Source of the DNA: Cycas panzhihuaensis
Taxonomy: Eukaryota > Plantae > Cycadophyta
Reading direction: 5' to 3'
Assembly (NCBI GenBank): GCA_023213395.1
Contig: CM041465.1
Span: 207,335,741 to 207,399,740, forward strand
DNA length: 64,000 nt
Shown: one piece after another, positions 1 to 12,180 of the stretch
Position numbering within the stretch: position 1 is the stretch's first letter
Layout of the letters: the number at the start of each line of letters is the position of its first letter
Program-made: the position numbers and the translations under genes
Notes under the pieces: model-generated
Told to the model about the DNA's origin: nothing
Database searches by the model: none
The model's input: the letters and a program-made list of their open reading frames with translations, nothing else

Positions 1-2030
1 GCATGTAACTTTTCAAGAGTATATAATGAGTATGGTAGTGATCACGTTAACCACTACTATGAGAGACTACATTTTCAAGTAAGATGGGCTAATACTCCCT
101 CCTTAGGTGTTATCTTCTTAGAGATCTAAGAGAATACAAGTGTAAAAGTATCAACATTAGCAACTTAGATTTCCCCTTTTAGGTAATCTAGTGGTAGGTT
201 TATTATGTTTCTTCTATTATAGTATCTACATATTTTTGTATTATGCTTATATTTTTTGAGATCACCTGTATCAATGTACACTTAAGATGAATGTTATATG
301 CTCATTCAACCACATTTATAGCCTTGCCTTATTTAATATTTAAATTATTTTCTTATTCATATATATAGGTATAGAACCTAGATCCCTTCAATTCCCTAAC
401 TCCCTCCCCTAGCTTCTAGGCCACTCACAATTATGGAATCAAACTGGTATCATTAGACTTATTTATTTTAAGGAACTTATTTTATTTACCCTAGTTATTT
501 TCATTGTAATTTATTCTTAGGTGGATTTATATGTTTTGGTATTTATTTTGCTCTTTTAGCCAAACCATTTCCATTTCTTTTTAAAATTTTAGGTCTATGT
601 TATTTTGGGGTAGATGGATGAATACTAATGTTTTCAACTATATTATGTTTCTTCTGTCTCCCCATTTATAAACCAACCTTAAAGCACTCCTAGTTCAATA
701 TTCTCTTCTATCCCATCCTCATGCCCAATCTATCAAGGTTGTATCTCTTGAGTCATATTAAGTTCAACTAATCATATCTTATCCTATATAAGTGAAGAGA
801 ATATAAGAACATAATGCCAAAATCTAACATCTTAACTCCATCTTTAGATTAAACTGAGTTGTATAACTTGTGATTAAAGAGTTAGGAACATAATTCAACT
901 ACACCAAAGAGACTAATTTAAATCCACTTATTAAGTCAACCTTATTTTAGATTAGGATTAATGTTTTATGTTGCTCCATATTGAGTTAAGTATTGGGCTT
1001 GCTTATTATAGGATTTAGTGCACAAGGGCATCTATAGATACATGGTTTTTCTTTGTATATTATTAGTTATTGATGACCTTCCAAATTTTCATTATCATCT
1101 CTTCTATATGTTATTCACATTCCTACAATGATATATCTTTGGTTGTATTTATTTTTGCTTGTAATCATTTATTGTAATTAAGATCTCCTTTGTATTTTTA
1201 AAATAATATATGTATTTTAGTAAAATAACTTATTAACTACTCATATGAGTTGGATTGAGATAATCTAATACACAAATTGTATAAAATAATGAAGAAATTT
1301 TATTTTCTTTTTCTGACAACAAGGATACTACCTTCTCAAGATTATCTAAAAATAATAATAACAATAATACATAGCAAGCCACAAGACTAACAAGCTATAT
1401 ATTAAGTTGATAGTCTAAAGGTCTTAGAATATAGATCATACTGTGTGACACTAGTATGCATGTAATTTACTATTTATAATGAGATTAAAATACATAACCT
1501 AAATATAAATTTTTATACATGTAATATAATCTTAATATTCATTCCATAACTTTTATAAAATATTTATACAAGATCAAGACATAAAGAATTAATCTTTATG
1601 TGGAAAAACTAGATTGCTTAGAGGTATTCACTACCTAACCATTCAAAAACTCAATATGAGAATCCAACCCCAAGTCAAAGCATATGATATGAATGTTAGG
1701 ATACCTTCTGCTTACTCTTCACTTGTGACCCAACTCTAAATTTAACATCTCAAATCTAATGGCTCATTACTATCTTGACATGATTCCTAATCAAACTATA
1801 ACTTAACATAGAATCTCTAAGGCTTATTTTATGGTATCACACCACATCTACCTTCTTCTTGTACTAATATATGAGGACTAAAAATAATGATAGCTCATAT
1901 ATATAGTTCTAAATTAACTCATTGATACATGGTCCTAGACTAATTCATTATTTCATATTGCTAAAATATTATCCTATACCAAGCTATTAATATATAGGAT
2001 CAATGTAAGGTCCTAAACAAAGTTGTTGCT
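1..2030. repeat. Direct repeat of 58380-60420; host sequence into which the Tat element inserted
   Basis: gcatgtaacttttcaagagtata... at 1 aligns colinearly with 58380. The alignment ends at agttgttgct (2030) vs agttattgct (60420), exactly where the Tat LTR begins. Roughly 90% identical by eye. Confidence 0.95.
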
Positions 2031-2522
2031 TATTTCCTCGCCATCAGGAATGGACAAGAGTGGCATCTCTTAGGTAAGTAAAACTATACATTTCTATCTC
2101 TTACTCTATCTACTTTTATGGCATGATGAGATGTATTTATGGTTTCAATAGCCTGATATGGTTAAATAGCTTATTTTGTTACTTGGTTTACTTGCCTAGT
2201 TCTTGCCTATGACTATATTTTCAGCCTATGATGACCAAGACCACAGTTCTATGGCATCATATATATCTTAAAGCACCTCCCTAGAGTTTTTAGGTACTTT
2301 ATACCTCTTTAACCCATCTTGACTCATTTCTAGTTTATCGTATGACTCATTAGGTTAGGTTCTAGCTTGCTTGCTCATCAAAGTCGTTTTACATTAATAT
2401 TGATGCTTGGCCTTCATCTTTTCCATATATTGGGAAGCCCAACCACTGCCTAAAGCCCTTAAAAGACCTAACAGCCCTCTAATCTTTATTTTTGTTTCCT
2501 TGGGTTGGTCTCTCATATTATT
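2031..2522 (+). repeat. G1 5' LTR, left part (split by Copia A)
   Basis: Colinear with 33660-34154; interrupted at TTATT. Confidence 0.92.
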
Positions 2523-3015
2523 TCTTAGATATGTTGAACACTTTGCAAGTGTTACATGGGTATAGGTGTTACACTTGAGCCTCTTTATAGGGCCTGGGGG
2601 CCTATTATAGGGCCCCTAATTAGGGGGTATGGGGGGCCACCAGCCCCACAATCAAGGGTTTGGAGGTGGGATCCCCTGAGAAAAATTTTTAGGTGTCTTA
2701 TGGGGGTCTTTATTAGCCCATGGTTTATGCTCGTTATATTATAAAACTACAAGGCGGTATCTTGTAATGTTTTGTCTATATATTCTTATGTAACGACACA
2801 TGTAACATATGGTTGTAGATGAATCCATATGAAGAGTTGGGGTTTATTTATCTTTGTAATTCTTTATCTATTACTCATATTAATAAAAGGTCTATGCTTA
2901 GACCTAAATCTCCCGGTATTATTTGTTGAGTGCTTAGTTTGTTTATTCTATTTGTTCTTTACATGATTTAAAAATTCTATTATCATATTACTTCTATGGT
3001 TATATTTTCTCTTCA
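2523..3015 (+). repeat. Copia A 5' LTR
   Basis: Runs tcttagat...ctcttca. Matches 18488-18872 apart from a ~105 bp GC-rich block. Confidence 0.93.
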
Positions 3016-3017
3016 TT

Positions 3018-3029
3018 TGGTATCTGAGC
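3018..3029 (+). promoter_or_regulatory. PBS (tRNA-iMet) of Copia A
   Basis: tggtatctgagc, one mismatch to TGGTATCAGAGC, 2 nt after the LTR-terminal CA. Confidence 0.9.
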
Positions 3030-3100
3030 TAACGGTTTTAGTTCTGTGGGAAGCCATTTGGTAGGTGGGAGCCTTATGCGAGAACTTAAGTGTGAAGATC

Positions 3101-4296
3101 ATGGTAAGCACTATAAAGATGGAGATTGAAAAGTTCAATGGCCAAAACTCTGAGCTGTGGAAGTTAAAGATGGAAGATATCCTTGCTGAGAAGGATTAGT
3201 GGATCATTGTAGCAGGAACAAATCCTATAACTAGAAGAAGCTTGATCAAAAGGCAATCAACTCAATAAGGTTATGCCTTTCAGACATGGTATTACTGAAT
3301 GTTACCACAAATTCTATGACCAAAGATCTATGGAGAAAGTTAGAGGCTTTGTATCAGACAAAGTCCTTGGTTAATACACTACTTGTTTGAAAAAACTATA
3401 TTCACTCAAGATGAGTTATAGAGATGTAGTTGCAGATCATCTCACTACATTTAACACCATGGTGAGCTAGCTTGTTTCAATTGGGATAACAATGTCTAAA
3501 GAAAACAAGTGTATTACCTTATTATATTCACTTCCTGATTCCTGGGATAATCTTGTAATGATGATTATCAACATGACTACTTCTACCCTAAAATTTGATG
3601 ATGTTGTTGGTACTCTACTATTAGAAGAGATAAGTTGAAAATCTTCTGAGGATTATTCAAAAGAAGCATTAGTGGTGAGAGGTTAAAATCTAGAGAAAAA
3701 TCCAAAATCTAGAGGAAAATCCAAATCTGTTAGAGGCAAAGGAAGGCTGGCCATATGAAGAGCCACTGTTGAGTCAAGGTTGACAAGGGAAAGGCACCTA
3801 AAGCTACTTCTTCCATGGTAATAAAATCTTCTGATGAAGCTAATGGCTATGTTTATTTAGCAGCCTCTAGTAAGTTGTCAAATGTTGAGTCTTGGTTAAT
3901 TGACTCTGGTGCTTCACTTTATGTTACTCCCTATAGGGACTAGTTTTATGAATATAAAAGGATTAATAGAGGAGGGATGGATTTATGAATACATAAGGAT
4001 TGATGGAGGTGAAGTATTTTTTGGGGATTATTACCTATATAAAATTGTAGGTCATGGAAGGGTGAAGGTTTGATTTAGGTATGGAAGGGTTAAAACTATC
4101 CCTGATGTGAGTCATATTCCTAGTTTGGCTATGAGTCTATTATCTATTAGTCAATTGGATGATGTAGGAATAGAACTAATCTTCAATAAGGACAATTGTA
4201 GAATGGTTCAAGGAGCATTAATGTTAGTAAGAAGGGTTAGATTTGGAACACTATATAAGCTTGATGTAAGTACGATGTGTGCTAGAAGTTATAGTC
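3101..4296 (+). pseudogene. Copia A gag-protease (stops and frameshifts)
   Basis: MEIEKFNGQNSELWKLKMEDIL, LLYSLPDSWDNL, protease WLIDSGAS at ~3893. Confidence 0.92.
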
Positions 4297-4548
4297 TATT
4301 GGGGTTAATGTTCATCACCCCACTCCCACCATTTACACATATGAGTGCATATATGTGAAGGTAAGTAAGGTAAGGTTAAGTGTTACTTTAGGTAAGCATT
4401 ATTTTAATATAATTTAAATTTTGAAGGTTGAGGAGGTTTCCCTTCTCCCTCAAACTATATATTTACTGGGGTGACAAACCCTAGTGTCTTTGGACACCAT
4501 CTCTATTAGAAAATATGTACATGCTCTTACCATGTTCCAAATCCTTTA
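4297..4548 (+). repeat. Element B 5' LTR (~80 bp internal deletion relative to the 3' LTR)
   Basis: tattggggttaatgttcatcaccc...aaatccttta. Confidence 0.9.
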
Positions 4549-4740
4549 TTTGGTATTGGAGCTTAGATGTTAACCTATTATAACCTTTATATGGTATCAA
4601 AGCTTAGATCCAGCTTTATTTGGTACCTAACTCTTCATCTACTTGATGAAAGCATAACATATGACTACTTGTTGGATTCTTGGAGAGCCCATTTATCTAC
4701 TAGAGAAATCAGTTTGAAGTTTTGCCTTCTATGAAAGAAG

Positions 4741-4904
4741 ATCTCACTCTCTAAAGTTAATCTTCTACAAACTGGTCATAGCCACATTACCATATTCTTC
4801 ATGTTTTATGTTTTTGATATAAATCTCACTCTCTAAAGTTAGTCTTCTATAAATTGGTCATAGCCACATTACAAAGTTCTCCATATATATATTTCTCTGA
4901 TATA
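4741..4904 (+). repeat. 82 bp tandem duplication in the B leader
   Basis: atctcactctctaaagtt...ggtcatagccacattac occurs at 4741 and 4823. Confidence 0.9.
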
Positions 4905-6050
4905 CTTTCTCTATTATATTTAAAATTTGATCTTATATATGGCTCTATTTGCATGACTATACTCCTTTATGCCTCAACATCTTCATGAGGCCAAGATACG
5001 TTATTCTTCTTATTAAAAAAATTCATTTTTTATTTGAGCTTGCAAGAAAATGTGTTTTTTTAATTTAACATCTATATTAAAAGCCTCAGGGCAATTCACT
5101 ATTATACTTTTCTTGTTGTCACTTATCAAGAGATATTATCACATTCTCTCTATGTTTTTCTATCTACATATCATAAATGGGTTTTCCATCACCCAATTCA
5201 ACTAAAGCTCAAAAATGTTAGTCGAGATATATACAAGTTTCCCTATCCTTCACAGTCATATTGATTCCAACCAAAGCAATTAGAGATTGGGTGTAAGAAA
5301 CTGAGGGTTTGAATCATTATGCAAACCAGTAACTGTTTTATTTAGATGGCTGGTAGGTATAGCTTGCCCATTTCATAGAGCATTCTTCATACCAATCAAG
5401 GTGAAATTTTGCCTTCCATTCTTGTCTCCAACCAAACATTTGAAAGGAACACTTCTCATAGAAGGTGTGGACATTTGCAAAGACGAGGCACGGGAAGCCA
5501 TAATTGATGAATTAATATTGGATGCCCATTACTTCTATAAGCCTTTGTGTATACGACATCTAAATGAGCCAATGTGAGGACATGTTTATATCATATACAC
5601 TCTTTCATTGAAACCATATGTTTTGATCCTTCTTTTCGTAGCCCTGGGTAAAGGAAGTCAAAGCTATTATCTTCGGAGTATTATACGTCGACACAAATAC
5701 CAAAGCTTAGAATGCTTAGTTACTCTAAAGGACACCCCCCTTAAAGCAGTTTATTAAGGTACATAACTTGTGGGTACCAAGCATAACATGCCTCGATAAG
5801 GATACCACTCATATATAAACATTTAGCTTTACCTAGATCTCCTCCCATAATAAAATACTAATAATAATAACATCAATTTTTTTACCTTAACTGTGTAGTG
5901 ACCAAGCCTTGTAGGGTTTGATCTGCTTAGAAACATTTGACCTTCGTGAGGTTGCAAATGATCCACATGCATAAATAGGTATGGTCTTTGTAGTGTTCAT
6001 TGCCCGATCTATGTCACCGGCCATCTCAGTTTTTTCCTTCCAATTTTTTC

Positions 6051-6053
<3 letters not shown>

Positions 6054-6102
<49 letters not shown>
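6054..6102. repeat. Compound (TC)n(TA)n microsatellite
   Basis: Directly visible. Confidence 0.97.
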
Positions 6103-7834
6103 TGTTTAATTGATAAGTGCACCTTCCTCTAGTAAAAAAATCTAATTTTTGATCTATTTTATCATGATTTTAAATTAATTTATTTTATGTAGGTCACTCA
6201 TTAATCGACATTCGATTTCCATTGATATATTTAATTTTTTAAAGGTTTGTAATAAATTAAATTAAGTTTGATTTAATTTTCAATTCCAAGTCTTTATTAA
6301 GAGTCTAGCCCCCTCAAGCCTCAACCCCTAGTTCCGTGACCCCCATGTGACCTGTAGCATTGAGTTAAAAGGGCCAATTTAACTTTATAATTTTTTTTTT
6401 TTTTTTAATTTTTTTTCTTCTAAAGGGTAATTGGCATATTTTTAGTCCTCACTTCTCATTGGAGTACTAGTTTTTAATAAAACTAGTTTTGTTTTGACCG
6501 TAATTTTAAGACTACATCATAGGCTAGTCATTTTCTAGTTTAGACCTAATTTGATTAGTTTTTAATGATCTAAAGCCATCTCCTTTTTTAGCTTTTGGTT
6601 TATTAAACATAAAGAGGTTGCTTTACCATTTTTATTATATCCTCATTATTTGGAATCTGTTTTCTAATCCATTAGTTTTGCTAGAAAGCTGACTCATCTC
6701 TCTTTGTATTGATATAATCTCTTAAGTGTTTTAAAGTCTCTTTGTAATTGTTACAAGCTGTTGAAGTTAAGGTATTCTATCAATCCTAATTACTCACCAA
6801 TCAGTATTTTTTGTAGTTTTTCTTTAAGTTTCTTTTGAAATAAATTAGATTTAAGGTCTTGTACCTGTAAGTGAACTCTTTTTATATTTTTTATAAGGCT
6901 ATATTCTACTTTTATAACATTTTTATCTTATAGCATCATTTCAAGCCCATAAATGGGTCCTTGTACTTATTGATTAAAATCTTGACCTATAGAAGTTAGA
7001 TTTCTAAATGGTCAATTTCGTTGGAAAGCTAATTTGATATTCTTCAATTTAAGACATATTTCATTCAATTCTAAGTTCATTTAGTATGTTTTCGAAGTAA
7101 CTTATTTTATCTCCTTATTCAGTCCTTATCAACATCATTCTATAACTTTTCATACATTATATGATCTGAAAAGGTTATAACTAATTTATTGATTGCTAAC
7201 AACTCATTCTTGAAGATATTATTATTCTTTATTTATATTTTTTAAGTCCTTTTATAGCAAGAAGATAGATTTTCAATACTTCAAGTTAAGTGGTGCTACC
7301 TTAATCAAATAGGTATATTTTATGTTCTATTTGTTTATTTTCTATATTTCTTAGAAGAAACATTTTATCTTCAAATATTTATATCATCTAATGCAAAGGT
7401 TATACTTTAGACTTTTAGTTATTTACTACTTTCAAAGGAATATACCACTGTCAAAAGGATAGCTAATTATTTTTATAATCAAGCATACTTCATTTTGCAT
7501 TAATAAAGATCATTCATTTTTGCTTTAACTACTTCTTATTATTGATTATCTATCATTTCATCATTAAAGATAATTATATTTTAAATTTGCATTATTAAAA
7601 CCTTAAAGGAGCATTTAGATCCTTGCTTTCACAAAGGCATTAATTGATTTAGTTCTATACAAAAGGAAATATTTTATCTAAAAAAAAAAGAGATGTACAT
7701 ATGATCACATTACTCACCTACCTTGCTTAAGGGATTCATATGTATTGAAAGGTACTTATTATCCATTTTATATTATTCATACATTTAAGGTCTTCATTTA
7801 CTTATTCAAGCTCATAAACTAGAATGCATTTCAA

Positions 7835-8344
7835 ATGGTATTTTATTTGGATGATATGCTAATTCCCACACTTGATGGGACCAATTTTCATATATGAAAA
7901 TGATTATTGAAAACACTTCCTATTGCAAAAGATTTTTAGAAATTTGTTGCATGTAGTTACCTAAAGGAAGAAGAAAATTTTAAAGAAAACCTAAGAAAGG
8001 ACAATGAAATCATAACTTTAATATTTAGTACAATAAACGATAATGTATTTATTCATGTTAGTAATTTAACTACATCAAAATTTATTTAGGATACACTAGA
8101 ATCTATTTATAAGAGAGAAACCCTCAATGTGAATGAATTTAACTATGATAATGATGTAGATATGAGGCAGATGTTAGAGCAGGTATTTTACATTGAAGAG
8201 ACTAATGTAGAAGACTCAAATCAAAAGAATGATCACATTGATACACATGAAGATGTATGTACCTTTAACATGATCACTACTCATAAAATAAAGATTCTAG
8301 AAGATAAAGTCAAAGATGCAGTGACTCTTCTCCATTTAAAGTAA
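7835..8344 (+). pseudogene. Element B truncated Copia Gag N-terminus with acidic tail
   Basis: One frame with internal stops: IPTLDGTNFHI*K...STINDNVFIHVSNLTTSKFI*DTLESIY, continuing in frame into ORF 8129-8344. Confidence 0.8.
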
Positions 8345-8537
8345 GTTACACTCACTTGGAGATCACTTGAACCAAACCATATTAAAGAAAACCACTATAC
8401 AAGGATAAAGATACATGAAGATAAAGACAAAGTGAAAGGACATTTGGTCAAGTACTCACGCAAAGTCTATCTTAAATACATGTACCATAAGTTCAAGGAA
8501 AAATAAAGATGTTCATGATGACCATTAAGGGGGAGAA

Positions 8538-8870
8538 TGTTGGGGTTAATGTTCATCACCCTACTCCATCCATTTACACATGTGAGTGCACACATGTGAA
8601 GGTAAGTAAAGTAAGGTTAAGTGTTACCTTAGTTAAACATTATTTTAATGTATTTTAAATTTTAGAGGTTGAGGAGGTTTCCCTCCTCCCTCAAACTATA
8701 TATTTAGTGGGGTGACAATCCCTAGTGTCTTTAGACACCACCTCTATTAGGAAATGTGTACATGCTCTCATACAATAGATTGAATATAATACTTTATTTA
8801 TGCTCATGAAGTATAATGGCTTGATTATTTGATTTCTGCTCTACTTTATCTCCATGTTCCAAATCCTTCA
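8538..8870 (+). repeat. Element B 3' LTR
   Basis: TGTTGGGG...CCTTCA, directly after the PPT. Confidence 0.92.
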
Positions 8871-8875
8871 CAATC

Positions 8876-10827
8876 TAGCTATTAAAGAAAATAGTAATAA
8901 TAACGATAGGACTAAAATATCACTTGCTAGTAAAACTATGTTGTGGCATTAGAGATTGGGCTATATTGGAGAGAAAGGCCTCCATGATTTATTCTCCAAA
9001 GGTATGACATAAGACATCTCTGGAATTAATGGCTCCTTTGATTTTGATTTCTGTGAGCATTGTGTGTATGGTAAACAAAATTAGGTCAATTTTTCTTCAA
9101 GCTCAAAGACAGTAAAGGGTATTCTGTAATTGGTGCACAATAATATTTTTATACCTATTGATATACCTTCATTGGGTGGATCTAAATACTTTGTCTCATT
9201 CATAGATGATTTCTCACGAAAGATATGGTTGTACTTTCTCAAGAAAAAATATGAAATCTTTAATAAATTCAAAGAATTCAAGGCATTAGTCAAGAATCAG
9301 AGTGACATGTAGATCAAGGTACTAAGGACTAATAATAGAGGTGAGTTTTCTCAAAGGAGTTTAAGCAGTTCTATAAGCAGTATGGGATAGCAAGGTAAAA
9401 GATAATTCCTTATACACCACAACAGAACAGAGTTACTGAAAGGATGAATAAGACTTTATTGAAGAGATCAAGGAGTATGCCCAGTGATGTTGGATTAGAG
9501 AAGAAATTCTAGGTAGAGGCTATGATGACTACAAGCTACCTAATAAATAGATCACTGACAACTTCCTTCGTATATAAAACACTTGGAGAAGTGTGGTCTG
9601 GTAAGAAACCATCTCTTGGTCATCTTAGAATTTTTAGTTGTGAAGCTTTTGTGCATATTCCTAAACAACAAAGGACTAAGTTTGATTTCAAAGCATAAAA
9701 GACTATTTTTATTGGCTATGGTAATGGTGTTAAAAGGTATAAGCTTTATAACTTTGAAACATAAAAGGTTGTGTATAGTCATGATGTTGTCTTTAGAGAG
9801 GAGTTTAAGTCTCTAAAGCAAGATGAATAACCAAAGGAGGAACACTCTAAGAAGGTATAATTTAAAGTAAGGGATGAAGATTCTACATCAGAATATGAGT
9901 TAGTTGAAGAGGAAGAACTAGCTATAGAGGTAGCTCAATCTCAAGAACCCCACAACTTGAGGAGATCAACTCATAAGAGAAGATAGCCTAGTAAGTATAT
10001 TCCTAAAGACTCTTGTCACTCTTCTTTTATTTTATCTACTATAGATAATTATCCTAGTATTGTTTGAGAGGCTCTAGAGTCAAAAGAGAGCCAACTCTAG
10101 ATGAAGGCCATCTAAGAAGAAATGATGGCCTTGGACAAAAATAATATGTAGGATTTGGTGGATCTATTTGATGGTAGAAAACCTATTGATAATAAATAGA
10201 TCTTCAAGAAGAAGTTTCTGGTAGATGGTACTCTGAAAAAGTACAAGGCTTGCTTGGTAACAAAGGGTTATTCCTAGGTTAAGGGAATAGATTTTAGTGA
10301 CGTGTTTTCTCCTATTATAAAAGTTACTTCAATTAGATTTTTGTTGGTTGTAGTAGCTACCTATGACCTTGAGGTAGATCAAATAAATGCAAAGACTGCA
10401 TTTCTTCATGATGGCCTTGAGGAAGAAATTTATAAGTTATGGCCTAAATGATTTAAAGTTGTAGGGGAGGAGAATATAGTGTGCATGTTGAAGAAGTCAT
10501 TATATGATTTGAAATAGTCACCAAGGATGTATCAAAAGTTTGATTCACATATATTAGCAGATGGCTTTGTGCATAGCAAAGTAAACCATTATGTTTATTA
10601 TAAGTAAGTTGGTGATTATTTTGTTATTCTAGATTTATATGTTGATGATATCCTTTTAGTTGATAATAATAAAGAAATGAACCAACTTGTAAAAGGCTAA
10701 TTGGAATCTCATTTTGAGATGAAGGATCTTGGTCCTACACATTTTATTTTGAATATTGAGATTAAAAAAGATAGGAGAAATAGGAAGATTTGGCTTAGCC
10801 AAAGATGGTACATTTAGTCAATATTGC
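8876..10827 (+). pseudogene. Copia A integrase and RT N-terminal part
   Basis: LWH*RLGYIGE, CEHCVYGKQ, YFVSFIDDFSRKIW, YTPQQN, KYKACLVTKG, YVDDILL. Confidence 0.93.
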
Positions 10828-11269
10828 TGTTAGATTGTATAATGCAAACTTATGTATTTTAATGTAATTATTTATGTCACATGTCTAAAATATAATTTAA
10901 GTCATTATAATATTTTTTTAACTTGGGTTTATTTAATTAAATTTGTGGAAGGTCGTTGAAATTGTGAAACTGCATTTCAACAAACCTCCTTAGTATTTAA
11001 TCTCCTAAATTCTTAGAACATGTCCCAGGAATCTAGGAGGGCTGTCTTCATGCCTTTTTCAAAGGATGGTTTGGTCTATAGGTGGTTTCACCACATGGTT
11101 TTTGTTTAGTATTATTTTATTAATAAAACTGGAATTTAGGAGGTGGTTTTTCTTCTCCAAAAGGGGTTTTCCACCTGTCAAATCTGTGTGCATATTCAAT
11201 ATCCAATATTTCCTGTGATGTTGTTAATTATGTGATCCTATGATGTTGCTCATGCACCCATTTCCATCA
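10828..11269 (+). repeat. Copia C 5' LTR
   Basis: Close match to 17197-17637. Confidence 0.96.
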
Positions 11270-11281
11270 TGGTATCAGAGC
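11270..11281 (+). promoter_or_regulatory. PBS (tRNA-iMet) of Copia C
   Basis: Exact TGGTATCAGAGC abutting the LTR CA with no spacer. Confidence 0.95.
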
Positions 11282-11378
11282 TCATTATGCCTGTTATTTT
11301 ATTTTTTTTATTAATGTATTAACCATCCAAAACTTTTTTTTTTAATTTTTTATTTTTGGTCACAGTGATCATTCATTC

Positions 11379-12180
11379 AAAACCACCATTAACGCAAATT
11401 CTTTCATTCAACAGTCTTTTATACAAAACTGCCATTAAGGCAAAATCTTTCATTCAACAGTCTTTTACATAAAACTGCCATTAAGGTAGAATTTTTTTTT
11501 TCTATATACCAGTCTACCAGAACTATTTTTTTATCAAAACTTATACTTAAATGGTCATTAATGGCAGAGCCGTATACAAAAAATAACCATCAACAAAGGT
11601 TGTCCTTATAGTAGAAACCCTAACCAAGCCTAAACGTAGTATTCCGCTTTGAAACTGCCATAAAAAAAGGTTGTTCTTGTGAAGAAACCCTAACAAGGGT
11701 CAAATACAAAGATGTGTGAAGACAAAGATAACATGCCATTAAGAAGAAGATCTCTGTCTGAGATGCCATACCAAGCTGCAATGACAGGAAGCCATTCTAA
11801 GGCATTGGACTTGAGATCTAAAGATTTCTGAGAGTCAGGGTTTGGAGCCGAGGTTGGAGCCCTGAACTTCAAGATAACAAAGATTTTCTGGACCTGCATG
11901 CAAAGAAAGGTAGTCACTGTCCTCATGCCCATGTTGTAGACCTGCAAGCAAAGAAAGGTAGCTGGTGTCCTCTTGTCTTCATCACAGACCAGCACGCCTG
12001 TGTTGCAGAGCTGCAAGAAAGAAAACATTGACCTCTTGCCTTCATCACAGACCAGCACACCTCCAGAATATGCCTTCATGCCTCCATTGCAGAGCTACGT
12101 CAACCTCTTACCTTCATCACAGACCAGTATGCCTCCAGAATATGCCTTCATGCCTCTGTTGCAGAGCTGCAAGAAAGTGA
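11379..12180 (+). repeat. Tandem repeats in the C leader
   Basis: 46 bp unit aaaactgccattaaggcaaaatctttcattcaacagtctttt at 11379-11490. Modular cttcatcacagaccagc / gcagagctgcaagaaag repeats at 11890-12180. Confidence 0.85.

Larger units (their letters stand above)
4297..8870 (+). mobile_element. Non-autonomous gag-only Copia-derived element B (TR-GAG-like)
   Basis: LTRs 4297-4548 and 8538-8870; PBS-like sites from 4551; PPT aagggggagaa before 8538; degenerate TSD tagtc/caatc. No pol motifs inside. The host A reading resumes at 8876. Confidence 0.88.

Noticed and set aside
4541-4630. Repeat-spacer pattern as a CRISPR-like array
   Set aside because: The repeats are LTR-end/PBS copies in a eukaryotic retroelement; only three irregular units and no cas genes.
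11690-12079. 129-aa minus-strand ORF
   Set aside because: Antisense reading of leader tandem repeats; no domain recognised.
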